From an uncultured delta proteobacterium (lineage in GTDB: Bacteria > Bdellovibrionota > FAC87 > UBA2466): a stretch of 64,000 nucleotides of DNA. The notes beneath the pieces are model-generated. The model was not told the DNA's origin. It saw only the letters and a program-made list of their open reading frames with translations, and did not search any database. Shown here piece after piece: positions 43,403-51,947 of the stretch. Made by a program: the position numbers and the translations under genes. Location: positions 832,001 to 896,000 of the forward strand of contig CAVZSV010000004.1 of assembly GCA_963778115.1 (NCBI GenBank), written 5' to 3'. Numbering within the stretch: position 1 is the first letter of the stretch; each line of letters starts with the position of its first letter.

Positions 43403-44419
43403 ATGAATACGGAATTCTTAAAGAAAATCGAAGGAGCGCACCTTCTGGTGGCGGGTGAAGTAGGAATCGACGAGTACCTCTGGGGAGACACCCACCGGAT
43501 TAGTCCAGAGGCCCCGGTTCCGGTAGTCGAAGTCGACAAGCGAGACTATAAGCTGGGACTGGGCGCTAACGTGGCCCAAAATATTGTTGCTTTGGGCGGC
43601 AAAGTTTCTTTAGTCAGTGTTCGCGGAGACGACGCGGATGGAAAACAGTTAGAAGGAATGTTAGCCGCGGCCGGAGTCGAAAGGCTATCTCTCATTACGG
43701 ATACCTCTCGACCCACTCTTAGGAAAGTAAGAGTCATCGCTCAGCGCCAGCATGTCGTTCGTATCGATTACGAAAAGTCCCATCCTTTGGATGCCAAAAA
43801 TGCCAAGCGCTATACGGAGATGATTTGCGACCTACTGCCCCAGTGCGATGGCATCATCGTTCAAGACTACGGCAAAGGGTTGTGGAATCCCGATACCATG
43901 GCTTTCACAAAACAGGCTAAGGCCCACAAACGCCCCATCTTTGTCGATCCCAGTCGAGTCGCGCAGGTCACTCTCTATAGAGGGACAACCTTACTCACTC
44001 CCAATACGGTGGAGGCCGAAGTTCTCTCGGGCTATCCCATAGCCTCGCGCAGCCAGGCCGGACGCGACGACGAGCGATTGAAAAAGATGGGGGCAAAGAT
44101 TTTACAGCAGACGCAAGCCGAACATGTCGTCATCACCTGTGGAGAGGCGGGCATGGTTTCGATGAGCCGAGGAGTCGAAGGGCTCAGCCGGATTCCTACT
44201 TTCGCCCGAGATGTTTTTGACGTGACGGGAGCCGGAGATACGGTGGTGTCGGTACTTGCCTTAATGATGGTCTTAGGGCACCCTCTTAGCCGATGTATGC
44301 AGGTGGCCAATGCCGCCGCCGGAATTGTGGTCGGCCGGATTGGAGCTGCAACCGTCACTCCGGCCGAACTTGCTGACGAGCTCAATAGGCTCGAAAGCGC
44401 CGGCCTCATTCAAAATTAG
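43403..44419 (+). CDS. rfaE1: D-glycero-beta-D-manno-heptose-7-phosphate kinase
   Basis: RISPEAPVPVV, QDYGKG, FDVTGAGDTV; no nucleotidyltransferase domain. Confidence 0.9.
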   Translation: MNTEFLKKIEGAHLLVAGEVGIDEYLWGDTHRISPEAPVPVVEVDKRDYKLGLGANVAQNIVALGGKVSLVSVRGDDADGKQLEGMLAAAGVERLSLITDTSRPTLRKVRVIAQRQHVVRIDYEKSHPLDAKNAKRYTEMICDLLPQCDGIIVQDYGKGLWNPDTMAFTKQAKAHKRPIFVDPSRVAQVTLYRGTTLLTPNTVEAEVLSGYPIASRSQAGRDDERLKKMGAKILQQTQAEHVVITCGEAGMVSMSRGVEGLSRIPTFARDVFDVTGAGDTVVSVLALMMVLGHPLSRCMQVANAAAGIVVGRIGAATVTPAELADELNRLESAGLIQN

Positions 44420-44429
44420 TTTTTCGTAG

Positions 44430-44500
44430 TGGGGGATCGTCTAATGGTAGGACAGTAGGCTCTGACCCTACGAATCTAGGTTCGAGTCCTAGTCCCCCAG
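44430..44500 (+). tRNA. tRNA-Gln(CTG)
   Basis: Cloverleaf TGGGGGA...TCCCCCA-G; anticodon arm GTAGG-CTCTGAC-CCTAC; T arm GTTCGAGTC; CCA not encoded. Confidence 0.96.
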
Positions 44501-44629
44501 TTTCATTTCGCGCCGGCGAAATGACCTTAATTATTAATCTTAAGATTAATCTCAATCTAAACCCGGCGTAGCCGGTCGATCAATTCCTAATCCGAACAAA
44601 GAACAAAGAACGAACAACCAACCCACTAC

Positions 44630-45250
44630 CTACTCTATACTATTATCTTCATCCTTATACTCTTTCGGCGAAAACGCAGATCCGTACCGAGAGAGGACAA
44701 GTCCTCGTCCGTTCGATATCCCCGGACTGTGAATATCCTCAGTGAAGAGAAAGCTTAAAACAGGGGTCTTTGTCTCCTTGCCGGCATTATCAGTTGCCAC
44801 AAGTACCGCCCCCCGGGCTTCACCTACACCTTCGATAATAAGTTTATTATCTTGGATTTTCGACTTCGTATGGCCTGTGCGGGCGATTTCGCGGTGGGCC
44901 GCATTAGGCCCCAATTGTTTCCATTCGCTATATTCGTAGTCCACGGTTCCGTCCTTATATAGTGCGATACGCACGTCAGCCCATTTCCCTTTTCCGAGAT
45001 CGATCTTCGATTGGTAACGATAGAGACCGGCCCCAACGATCTGGTGTTCATCCTGGCCACTAAGTTTGGATTTAGTCACTGCGTACTGAAACTGCGCAAA
45101 GAAATCTTCCGGAGATTTTCCGTCAATCTGAGAAACGCTTCTTCCATTAATCGTCGTCGTTGATTCAACCGAATGTAACGCTATGGAATCCGCCATCGCC
45201 TGGAGAGGCAAAAGGGAAACCGCTAAAAGGCCCAATAAAAATAAACGCAT
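44630..45250 (-). CDS. secreted hypothetical protein
   Basis: Signal peptide MRLFLLGLLAVSLLPLQAMA. Confidence 0.75.
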   Translation of the reverse strand: MRLFLLGLLAVSLLPLQAMADSIALHSVESTTTINGRSVSQIDGKSPEDFFAQFQYAVTKSKLSGQDEHQIVGAGLYRYQSKIDLGKGKWADVRIALYKDGTVDYEYSEWKQLGPNAAHREIARTGHTKSKIQDNKLIIEGVGEARGAVLVATDNAGKETKTPVLSFLFTEDIHSPGISNGRGLVLSRYGSAFSPKEYKDEDNSIE

Positions 45251-45456
45251 CGCTTTGTTCTCCCATGGGATGTCATTTCCCCTGCCAAGGCAATGCAAAG
45301 GATGTTCCAGGGAGAACACAGCAGCGCAACTAAGTTTTTCAGGTTACTTTGTTGTGCAGTTGGGGCTCGCTTTGACGTTATCTTAGAGAATACTCGCTCC
45401 TGCTCCTCGGTAAATGGGAAAGGTCGGTCTCCTACGTCCGCGTTGTAGCGGGCGAT

Positions 45457-45913
45457 TTGGGCTCTCTCCTCTGTACGAGGGGGCCAGCTTCCGATAGTCG
45501 CTATCAGAAGGAGGAGACCAACCATGTATGACCATTACATCGCTTTAGACTGGGCGCAAAGCATTAGGGCAATTGCTAGAATGACCAAATAATCCAATGA
45601 CGTGTCGATCACCGAGGTCCCATCGAGTATCGGCGAGCTTAAAGGCTATCTTCGGAGGCTTCGAGGACGGCGAGCGTTGACGTTCGAGGAGACTACGACA
45701 TCGCAGTGGCTGTACACAGAGCTTCGTAATTGCGTCGATGAGATTTTAGTCTGCGATCCCTATCGTAATAAACTTCTTAACGAAGGCGCCAAAACCGATC
45801 GCATCGATGCTCGAAAGATACGACGAGAGTGTCAACCACCTCGGTTAGCCCCCGCTCGTTTAAACCTCGAATTTATTCTGGTCCGGGGATTAACTCCCTA
45901 GAGAGCCCATATA
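45457..45913 (+). mobile_element. internally deleted IS110-family (IS1111-like) element
   Basis: Inverted repeat TGGGCTCTCT (45458) / AGAGAGCCCA (45900) flanking a truncated DEDD transposase. Confidence 0.65.
45524..45818 (+). pseudogene. IS110 DEDD transposase N-terminal fragment
   Basis: MYDHYIALDW...LTFEE...KTDRIDARK with an in-frame TAA at codon 23; similarity ends after KTDxxDA; GGAGG RBS. Confidence 0.8.
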
Positions 45914-46097
45914 GTCGCATCTAAATCTGCCAATAAAGAAAAGACCGCTAAGGATCAAAGCGCATCGACAATGACCGTGTTTGAAACAATGCAGACCTGG
46001 AAATCAAGGGTGCAAACCCTCAAGGGACTCGTCTACCACTTGACTCCCTTTCCCATAGTCGCAATGACACTAACGCACGATCATTTCCAGAGCTGCC

Positions 46098-46952
46098 TCA
46101 AGGCCTAGCAAACACCGTCGCATCAAGCTCCCTCATAAAACCATCCGCCTTAACCTTCGCCTCCTGCTCAAACCCATTCTGGCGCAAAAAATTTAGCGCC
46201 CCCACTACGTCAGAATATTTCTCCGCCGTTTCGTCCACAATCGTATCGTAGTTCACTACAATTCCAAGGACCTCGGATCTTACGGCGTCTCTTTCTTTTC
46301 CATAGAGCCTTATGGCCTTTTTCAAAGACTCAAGGCTTTCTGGAGATCGTATTAGTACCAAATAGTGAGCAGCGAGTTCTCGCTCGCGCGGCAAGAGGCT
46401 TGGGTTATTTTTTGCGACCTCATCGCGAGCGCTGTCTAGTTCCTCCGTAGAGAGACCATGTTTTTTCTGAAAATGGGCAAACATAATCTTTTCAGCAGCC
46501 CGTCTCTCGTTTCTTTCAGCTATGGTCCGCGTACTAAGGGGCGGCAATTCGGAATGGAAGATCCTTGAAGTTTTCGAACCATCGGGAAGATACTTTTTCT
46601 CGGTGACGGTATATCCCCCTTGGGAATCGGGAGCATAGAATTGCCGCACTCTTGTCTTACTACCATCAACATCCGTATCGACAGCCGTTACTTCATAGTT
46701 ATTCCCGTGACGTTCCACGGTCGTAGTACCCAAAGGAAATGCTTCGGGTTTGTTTGCCGCGATCTGCGCTTCTCGTGCTGCTATATAAGCTTTGGAGCAG
46801 TCCCCTACGGATGCCAAAGCCGTAAGAGGCAACGCCATCGCGCCAATAAGACCAAAGCGAGAAATCCACTCCCAGCTTCTTGCTATTTTCTGTCTTTTTC
46901 TAATGGCGCGTCTCTGACGTAGGGTGACTTGCGTTTGTATCGTCTCAACCAT
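46098..46952 (-). CDS. secreted hypothetical protein
   Basis: 284-aa ORF with a signal-like hydrophobic segment; start uncertain. Confidence 0.65.
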   Translation of the reverse strand: MVETIQTQVTLRQRRAIRKRQKIARSWEWISRFGLIGAMALPLTALASVGDCSKAYIAAREAQIAANKPEAFPLGTTTVERHGNNYEVTAVDTDVDGSKTRVRQFYAPDSQGGYTVTEKKYLPDGSKTSRIFHSELPPLSTRTIAERNERRAAEKIMFAHFQKKHGLSTEELDSARDEVAKNNPSLLPRERELAAHYLVLIRSPESLESLKKAIRLYGKERDAVRSEVLGIVVNYDTIVDETAEKYSDVVGALNFLRQNGFEQEAKVKADGFMRELDATVFARP

Positions 46953-46979
46953 AATACGGGAGAGTCAGGGAGGAAAAAA

Positions 46980-47576
46980 GTGAAAACTCATCGCGTTGCT
47001 TTGTTCGCATTTGGACTTCTAGTCTTTCCTTGGGTCGCCTTTGCAGAAACGCCGCCCACTGCTTGTGCGCAAGACAACGCCAAAGCGGCGCATGGACTCC
47101 TAGCGACACTAACCTTCCAGTTGGAAAGTGAAAGTAGTTCCACGGTCATGACGAAAGACATTCCTATCTCCATTAAGCCGGGAATTGCCCCCTGTGATGG
47201 ATCTTCTTCTTACGAATCAACGGGGAATTCCATATTGACCAACGGGTCCACGACCCTGACGCTAGCCGCCACTGACCAATTCTATCTCGACGTTAGTTTT
47301 GATCAAAACCAGGTATCAGGTGTCTTTGAAGTGACAGTCCCGACTTCCTTCGTCACAGCCCTTCTTCAGCCCTTTGGAAATTTGACTTTCACCTGGCTCG
47401 ATCCCGATGTGGATAGCGCCCTTCTTATCGACTACGCACCAGGGGCATGGCTTAGCCAGACCGATCTCTTTCCGCTGCAAAACATTGGTGACGGCAGAGT
47501 GATGGGAATTGCGACTGGAACCGACGGAAGTCGTTACACGGTTCAACTCACTCAATTTTCGGTAATTTATAATTAG
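46980..47576 (+). CDS. secreted hypothetical protein
   Basis: GGAGG RBS, GTG start, signal peptide ending AFA. Confidence 0.75.
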   Translation: MKTHRVALFAFGLLVFPWVAFAETPPTACAQDNAKAAHGLLATLTFQLESESSSTVMTKDIPISIKPGIAPCDGSSSYESTGNSILTNGSTTLTLAATDQFYLDVSFDQNQVSGVFEVTVPTSFVTALLQPFGNLTFTWLDPDVDSALLIDYAPGAWLSQTDLFPLQNIGDGRVMGIATGTDGSRYTVQLTQFSVIYN

Positions 47577-47583
47577 GAGCCTT

Positions 47584-47919
47584 ATGTCAGCCAAACTTCT
47601 GATGTCCCTCGGCACCGCTTTGATGACCCTTTTTATCTCTTCGTCTTCGTTTGCGGCTACAGGCCTGATTCCCATCCCTCAAGGAGCCAAGTTCTGTCAT
47701 CTCTCTAGTTATAATAGTGATCTTAATCTCAGTTGCGGAGAGCAGAAGTCTTTGGATGTAGCAATTCTGGATGCTCAGGAATCAACTGCAGTAACCGCAA
47801 TCCAGTTAGAGTTGGAAACTTTCGTCGCTCAGGGTTTCCACATTGTGAGCTGTTCCCATACGCCCGGATCCAAAGAAGCGTATGAACGTTGGGACTGCTT
47901 CGTCACCAATCTACAATAA
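47584..47919 (+). CDS. small secreted four-Cys hypothetical protein
   Basis: AGGAG RBS, signal peptide ending SFA. Confidence 0.75.
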   Translation: MSAKLLMSLGTALMTLFISSSSFAATGLIPIPQGAKFCHLSSYNSDLNLSCGEQKSLDVAILDAQESTAVTAIQLELETFVAQGFHIVSCSHTPGSKEAYERWDCFVTNLQ

Positions 47920-48945
47920 TCAAAGGGCTTCCGGATCTATTTTAGGTTCTTGCGGAGGTGCCACCTCTTGCGGAGTGGCTTCACATGCCAGGTTCTCGGC
48001 CACCGTCTGTAAGCGTTGATCGGCGCGATCTCCTTTGATCACTCTCAAACGCCCCAAAAGGCGGAGCGGTTTGCAGTCATAAAGGTAGTAAAGGTCTTTA
48101 TCTTCTCCCGCCACGGGCTCCCACGCCTGACCTCGGTAGTAAGGAACTCCTTTGCCAGTTTTTCCATCAACAGCCTCGTCATGAAGAAAAATGTGTTTTG
48201 TCCGATCGAAATCAACCTCATCTCGTCCTTCAAAGAAATGAGCATCAACGGCCGAGAGTAAAAACCATGGAGCGCCTCGCTCGCCCGAAGCAGAAATTCG
48301 GTAACGGACCCCCGTTTTCTCGGTCACGACCAATCCGGAAGATAATTCCAGTTGCACTTTCATCTTCATGTTATTTTTACCCAACTCCCAGTCCACTACT
48401 TTAGTCTGAACAGCCACAATACCTCTTGCAAGATTTGGTAAGGGAACACCGCCAGTGAAAGTTTGAATGATTGGCGAAATAAGGCCGAATCCGTTTCCCG
48501 ATTGAAACGCCTGAACGGTTACCTCCAAAAGTTTCTTTGTCGTGGTCATCAGATAGTACTTAGCGGTCTTAACGCCGGCAGACTCCGCCGTCCAGCCAAG
48601 ACCCGCAAAGCCGTTTAGCGTAACATCTTTTAGATCCGCCGGAGGCGTTCCCAGACGAGTAGCGGCTAAATGAAGATCTCCTACGGAAGTGACGTCCACT
48701 GAGGTATCGACTTTAAAAGTGGTCGAAGAGACCTCTGTCGTTTTCATGGCCATGGGCGAGTTATCAATACGCGCGATAGTCTTATCCGCATTCTCGGAAA
48801 GACTAAGACCCTTTTGGTATTGGACCGAGTATCCATTTGGGTTTTCATAAGAGACCATTCCATTGCCGATGTGAACCCCACATCGCGAAAGACAGAGAGA
48901 AAGCCCCACGAGCAAAACAAAATTAGCTATTAATGACTTCATCAC
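47920..48945 (-). CDS. putative lipoprotein
   Basis: LSRC-GVHIGNG after a hydrophobic leader; overlaps the upstream TIGR02147 gene. Confidence 0.7.
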   Translation of the reverse strand: MMKSLIANFVLLVGLSLCLSRCGVHIGNGMVSYENPNGYSVQYQKGLSLSENADKTIARIDNSPMAMKTTEVSSTTFKVDTSVDVTSVGDLHLAATRLGTPPADLKDVTLNGFAGLGWTAESAGVKTAKYYLMTTTKKLLEVTVQAFQSGNGFGLISPIIQTFTGGVPLPNLARGIVAVQTKVVDWELGKNNMKMKVQLELSSGLVVTEKTGVRYRISASGERGAPWFLLSAVDAHFFEGRDEVDFDRTKHIFLHDEAVDGKTGKGVPYYRGQAWEPVAGEDKDLYYLYDCKPLRLLGRLRVIKGDRADQRLQTVAENLACEATPQEVAPPQEPKIDPEAL

Positions 48946-49795
48946 TCTCTCCTTTTTCTCCTATGACTTTCACCGTCAGAGGGAAAAACTGAACATTTAA
49001 TTGGTAAACCTCTTCGGCCTCGGCTTGAGACCTATCTAGAAACTGATCCAACTCTTCTCTAAAAAGGCGAATTCTGGCTTTCACCTCTTCTAATTTCGAA
49101 AGGGGCATGGCGACGGTGAGGCTTGTAATTTCTCTACGCTCCTGGGGAATCTCTAATGCTAGTGTCGCCATTTGGATCATACGCCGGTGAAATTGACGAA
49201 CGGATAAATGGCGCATCTCTTCTGGTGTCCTAAGTACCGAGCCCACGACTTGTCTTAATGTTTCGCCCTGTTTTTCGATTAGCCCAAGGGCCTGCATGGT
49301 TTCGATAGCTTCTCGCACTTGGCTTGGAGTGACATAACGACCCAGACGTTTAGAGATAAGCGCGTAATCCAATCGAAAGTCAGCAAGCCCCACCATGACA
49401 AAGATGGCGCAGTAATACCATCGAGAGAGAAACTCATACTGTTTCACCTCGAGAAGCTTTGCTTGCGCTAGATGCTTAATGTAAAAAAGCTCTTCGTTCA
49501 AAGTGTGCTGCCCTTCATGCGAACGGGTTCGAGATAAAGCGCAGAGTGCCGAAAGATATCTTTTTCGCTGCCCCGTCAGTCTTAGCTGGTTGATAAGCTT
49601 CTCTTCGACTTCAGGACTGATACCTCTTTTTCCTCGGAGAATTAGACTTAAGGTTGCGGGACTTTTGATCCCCGACCAGCGAGCGAACGCTCTAAGCGAC
49701 GCACGCGAGCCGTTGTCTAACACCGCCCGCAAATAGTCGTGCGGGGTGGAAAAATCGAAAATCTCTATCGCTCCTTTGGTCTCAACTTTTGGCAT
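48923..49795 (-). CDS. TIGR02147/DUF4423 family putative DNA-binding protein
   Basis: SLRAFAR...SPATLSLILRGKR HTH, LSRWYY, FHRRMI, EEVYQLNVQFFPLT. Confidence 0.88.
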   Translation of the reverse strand: MPKVETKGAIEIFDFSTPHDYLRAVLDNGSRASLRAFARWSGIKSPATLSLILRGKRGISPEVEEKLINQLRLTGQRKRYLSALCALSRTRSHEGQHTLNEELFYIKHLAQAKLLEVKQYEFLSRWYYCAIFVMVGLADFRLDYALISKRLGRYVTPSQVREAIETMQALGLIEKQGETLRQVVGSVLRTPEEMRHLSVRQFHRRMIQMATLALEIPQERREITSLTVAMPLSKLEEVKARIRLFREELDQFLDRSQAEAEEVYQLNVQFFPLTVKVIGEKGESDEVINS

Positions 49796-49898
49796 AGGGC
49801 GGGTTTTGTAACAAAACCCGCCCCCTGAGATCAACACGTTTCTTCACTATTTTGTTTCCTGAACTAAACAAAGATTGAGTAGGTTACTTGCTAACCAT

Positions 49899-50606
49899 TT
49901 ATTTTGGTTCAGGATCTTCCGACACGTTGGATCCAGGTGCCACCTTGATATGAATAATCGCCGCCACATTACCTGCTTTTAAGGCCTCGACCACGGCTTT
50001 GCCCTTAAGCTTGCCCGTGGGCGGTAGGTACAGACGTTTCGTAGACGGTGAGGTGGTAAGCATGTCACCCAATCCATAAAAGCCGTCATGGACGAACAGA
50101 GTCGTAAGGCCCTTCGATTTGAAGAGATCGATAACGGAATTGGGCTCGTTAGCCAAAGCTTCTAAGGTTTCCGCCTGCTCAGCCGAAAAGCGGGGATAGG
50201 TTTCGGCCATCCTGAAATCCAAATCGAATCCCGCCTGCTTCAAGTTCACTTTGAGCCGTGAAGACGCCGCAATGCTTCGACCTAGATTTTGTAATTGAAC
50301 GGGAACCGAAGCGTCGCTTGGCTTTACCTTGGTCCCTTCGAAGCGTCCCGAGGAGAATTGGTTTCCCTCGAACGAATACTGTAACTGAGCCACATCCGCG
50401 TATTTTTGCCGATGGTATTTCTCTGTCGCCGATCCGCCATCGAGACCGTACAAGCCCCGATTCGGGGTAATCGCGAAATAGTCTCCGGCATAGGCCTTAG
50501 TCGCCTCATTAGAAGACCTATAAAGACCTTCCATTTCATGAGCCGCGGGTTTCGCACAGCAAGAGAGTAACAACACCGCTAGCAACGTACTAACCAACTT
50601 AATCAC
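49899..50606 (-). CDS. putative lipoprotein
   Basis: GGAGGT RBS, GTG start, LLLSCC lipobox-like motif. Confidence 0.7.
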   Translation of the reverse strand: MIKLVSTLLAVLLLSCCAKPAAHEMEGLYRSSNEATKAYAGDYFAITPNRGLYGLDGGSATEKYHRQKYADVAQLQYSFEGNQFSSGRFEGTKVKPSDASVPVQLQNLGRSIAASSRLKVNLKQAGFDLDFRMAETYPRFSAEQAETLEALANEPNSVIDLFKSKGLTTLFVHDGFYGLGDMLTTSPSTKRLYLPPTGKLKGKAVVEALKAGNVAAIIHIKVAPGSNVSEDPEPK

Positions 50607-50713
50607 AGATACCTCCAGTTAATTGCGTTATGCGGTGCTTTATAACGACAACGGGAGGGGGACTCTAGAAGAGTCGGACGAAAACGCCAGATACTGTTTA
50701 CCCGAGTAAACAC

Positions 50714-50771
50714 ACAAAAAGGTACGGCCTACCTTTCTGTGGCCACAGAAAGGTAGGCCGTACCTTTTTGT
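50714..50771. terminator. 58-bp perfect palindrome, probable bidirectional terminator
   Basis: ACAAAAAGGTACGGCCTACCTTTCTGTGG|CCACAGAAAGGTAGGCCGTACCTTTTTGT, 26 nt past the stop of the 50797 gene. Confidence 0.75.
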
Positions 50772-50796
50772 TCCTTTTTGTTGAAGCAAAAACAGT

Positions 50797-51918
50797 TTAG
50801 AACGCGATTTCCAAAGCGACATAGAATCGGGTGGCCTCGGGATCATAGAAGGCCGAGTCATAGCGGATGTTTTGTAAAATCGTAGATCCGCGACTCATTC
50901 CAATTTGCGGAGCAATATTGGGGGTAATTCGATATTTGAAATACGTACCCAAACCGAAAGAGGTCGTGGCAGCTGGAGTGGTTGACGAGAAGTCATACTC
51001 TTCGTACATGCGGTAGTACCCTTTTCCCCAAGCTACGAAATTTAATTTACTAGGAATGATTTCCCAATCCGCTTGCGCCTGAGCTCCAAAGACCATCTTC
51101 TGCAGAGGAACGCCGTTATAAGTGGCATAGCGGTTAAAAGAGTACTCAAACAGGGGGGAGACGGATAGGGCTAGCTGTTTGTCGAAGAGCTCTTTTTTAA
51201 TGTGAAGCGCTACCGAGGCGCGAGTAATATTTTTTGTATCGCTTGAAATCTTAGAAACAGGAAGAGTGACTCCGGTTTCGACATTCCACTGCGAGCCTAA
51301 GAATTCCGGGGTCAATTCATAATCGTAGAAGAGACGAGTATCATCGACTAGAAATTCCTGTTCGCCGACAGCGGCAATCTCATAAAGTTTCCTAGCTTCC
51401 TGACCTATCCCGACATGACTTCGGTTATCGATACGAAACATGCCTTCCGCCAAAAACTCGGTGAAAGATCGCGTACCCGACTGAGTAGTGACGGCTTCGC
51501 CCGCCAGAAAATCAAATGAGAATCTAGGCCCTGAAGTAGAATCCATCTTTTCAGTCAAAGCGCCTTGAGGAGTATTGGAAAATTCTTCTGGAATCTCAGG
51601 GATGGTCTCAGAATCCAAAGGGGAGTTACTAGCGACGGATGAACTGATGGGAATTTCTGCTGGAATTTCCGCTAACTTCTCGGGAATCGTAATTGTGTGA
51701 CTTGGCTCCACGGCTTGTCTCGCTCCGGGTGCTGTTTCATCCGCGTCATGCTTCTCTTCTACGGGAGTTTCTTCAAGAGTTTCGGTTTGAGGAGCAATCG
51801 TTACCGCTTCAGCGGGCCGTAACGCTTCGGGCTGCGAAGTTTTCGGCTTGTTGACCAAGTAGATAGCAGCAGTCGTCATAGCGACTACCAGAACGACCGT
51901 GATAAAAATGTTACGCAT
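50797..51918 (-). CDS. putative outer-membrane beta-barrel protein with acidic Pro-rich N-terminal linker
   Basis: Amphipathic strands; C-terminal FYVALEIAF. Confidence 0.65.
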   Translation of the reverse strand: MRNIFITVVLVVAMTTAAIYLVNKPKTSQPEALRPAEAVTIAPQTETLEETPVEEKHDADETAPGARQAVEPSHTITIPEKLAEIPAEIPISSSVASNSPLDSETIPEIPEEFSNTPQGALTEKMDSTSGPRFSFDFLAGEAVTTQSGTRSFTEFLAEGMFRIDNRSHVGIGQEARKLYEIAAVGEQEFLVDDTRLFYDYELTPEFLGSQWNVETGVTLPVSKISSDTKNITRASVALHIKKELFDKQLALSVSPLFEYSFNRYATYNGVPLQKMVFGAQAQADWEIIPSKLNFVAWGKGYYRMYEEYDFSSTTPAATTSFGLGTYFKYRITPNIAPQIGMSRGSTILQNIRYDSAFYDPEATRFYVALEIAF

Positions 51919-51947
51919 CAGAAAATCCCTCTTCTACGAAACTGTGT

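Noticed and set aside
45920..46050. IS66 transposase C-terminal remnant
   Set aside because: Only a vague resemblance over a few residues that needs frameshifts; not supportable by eye
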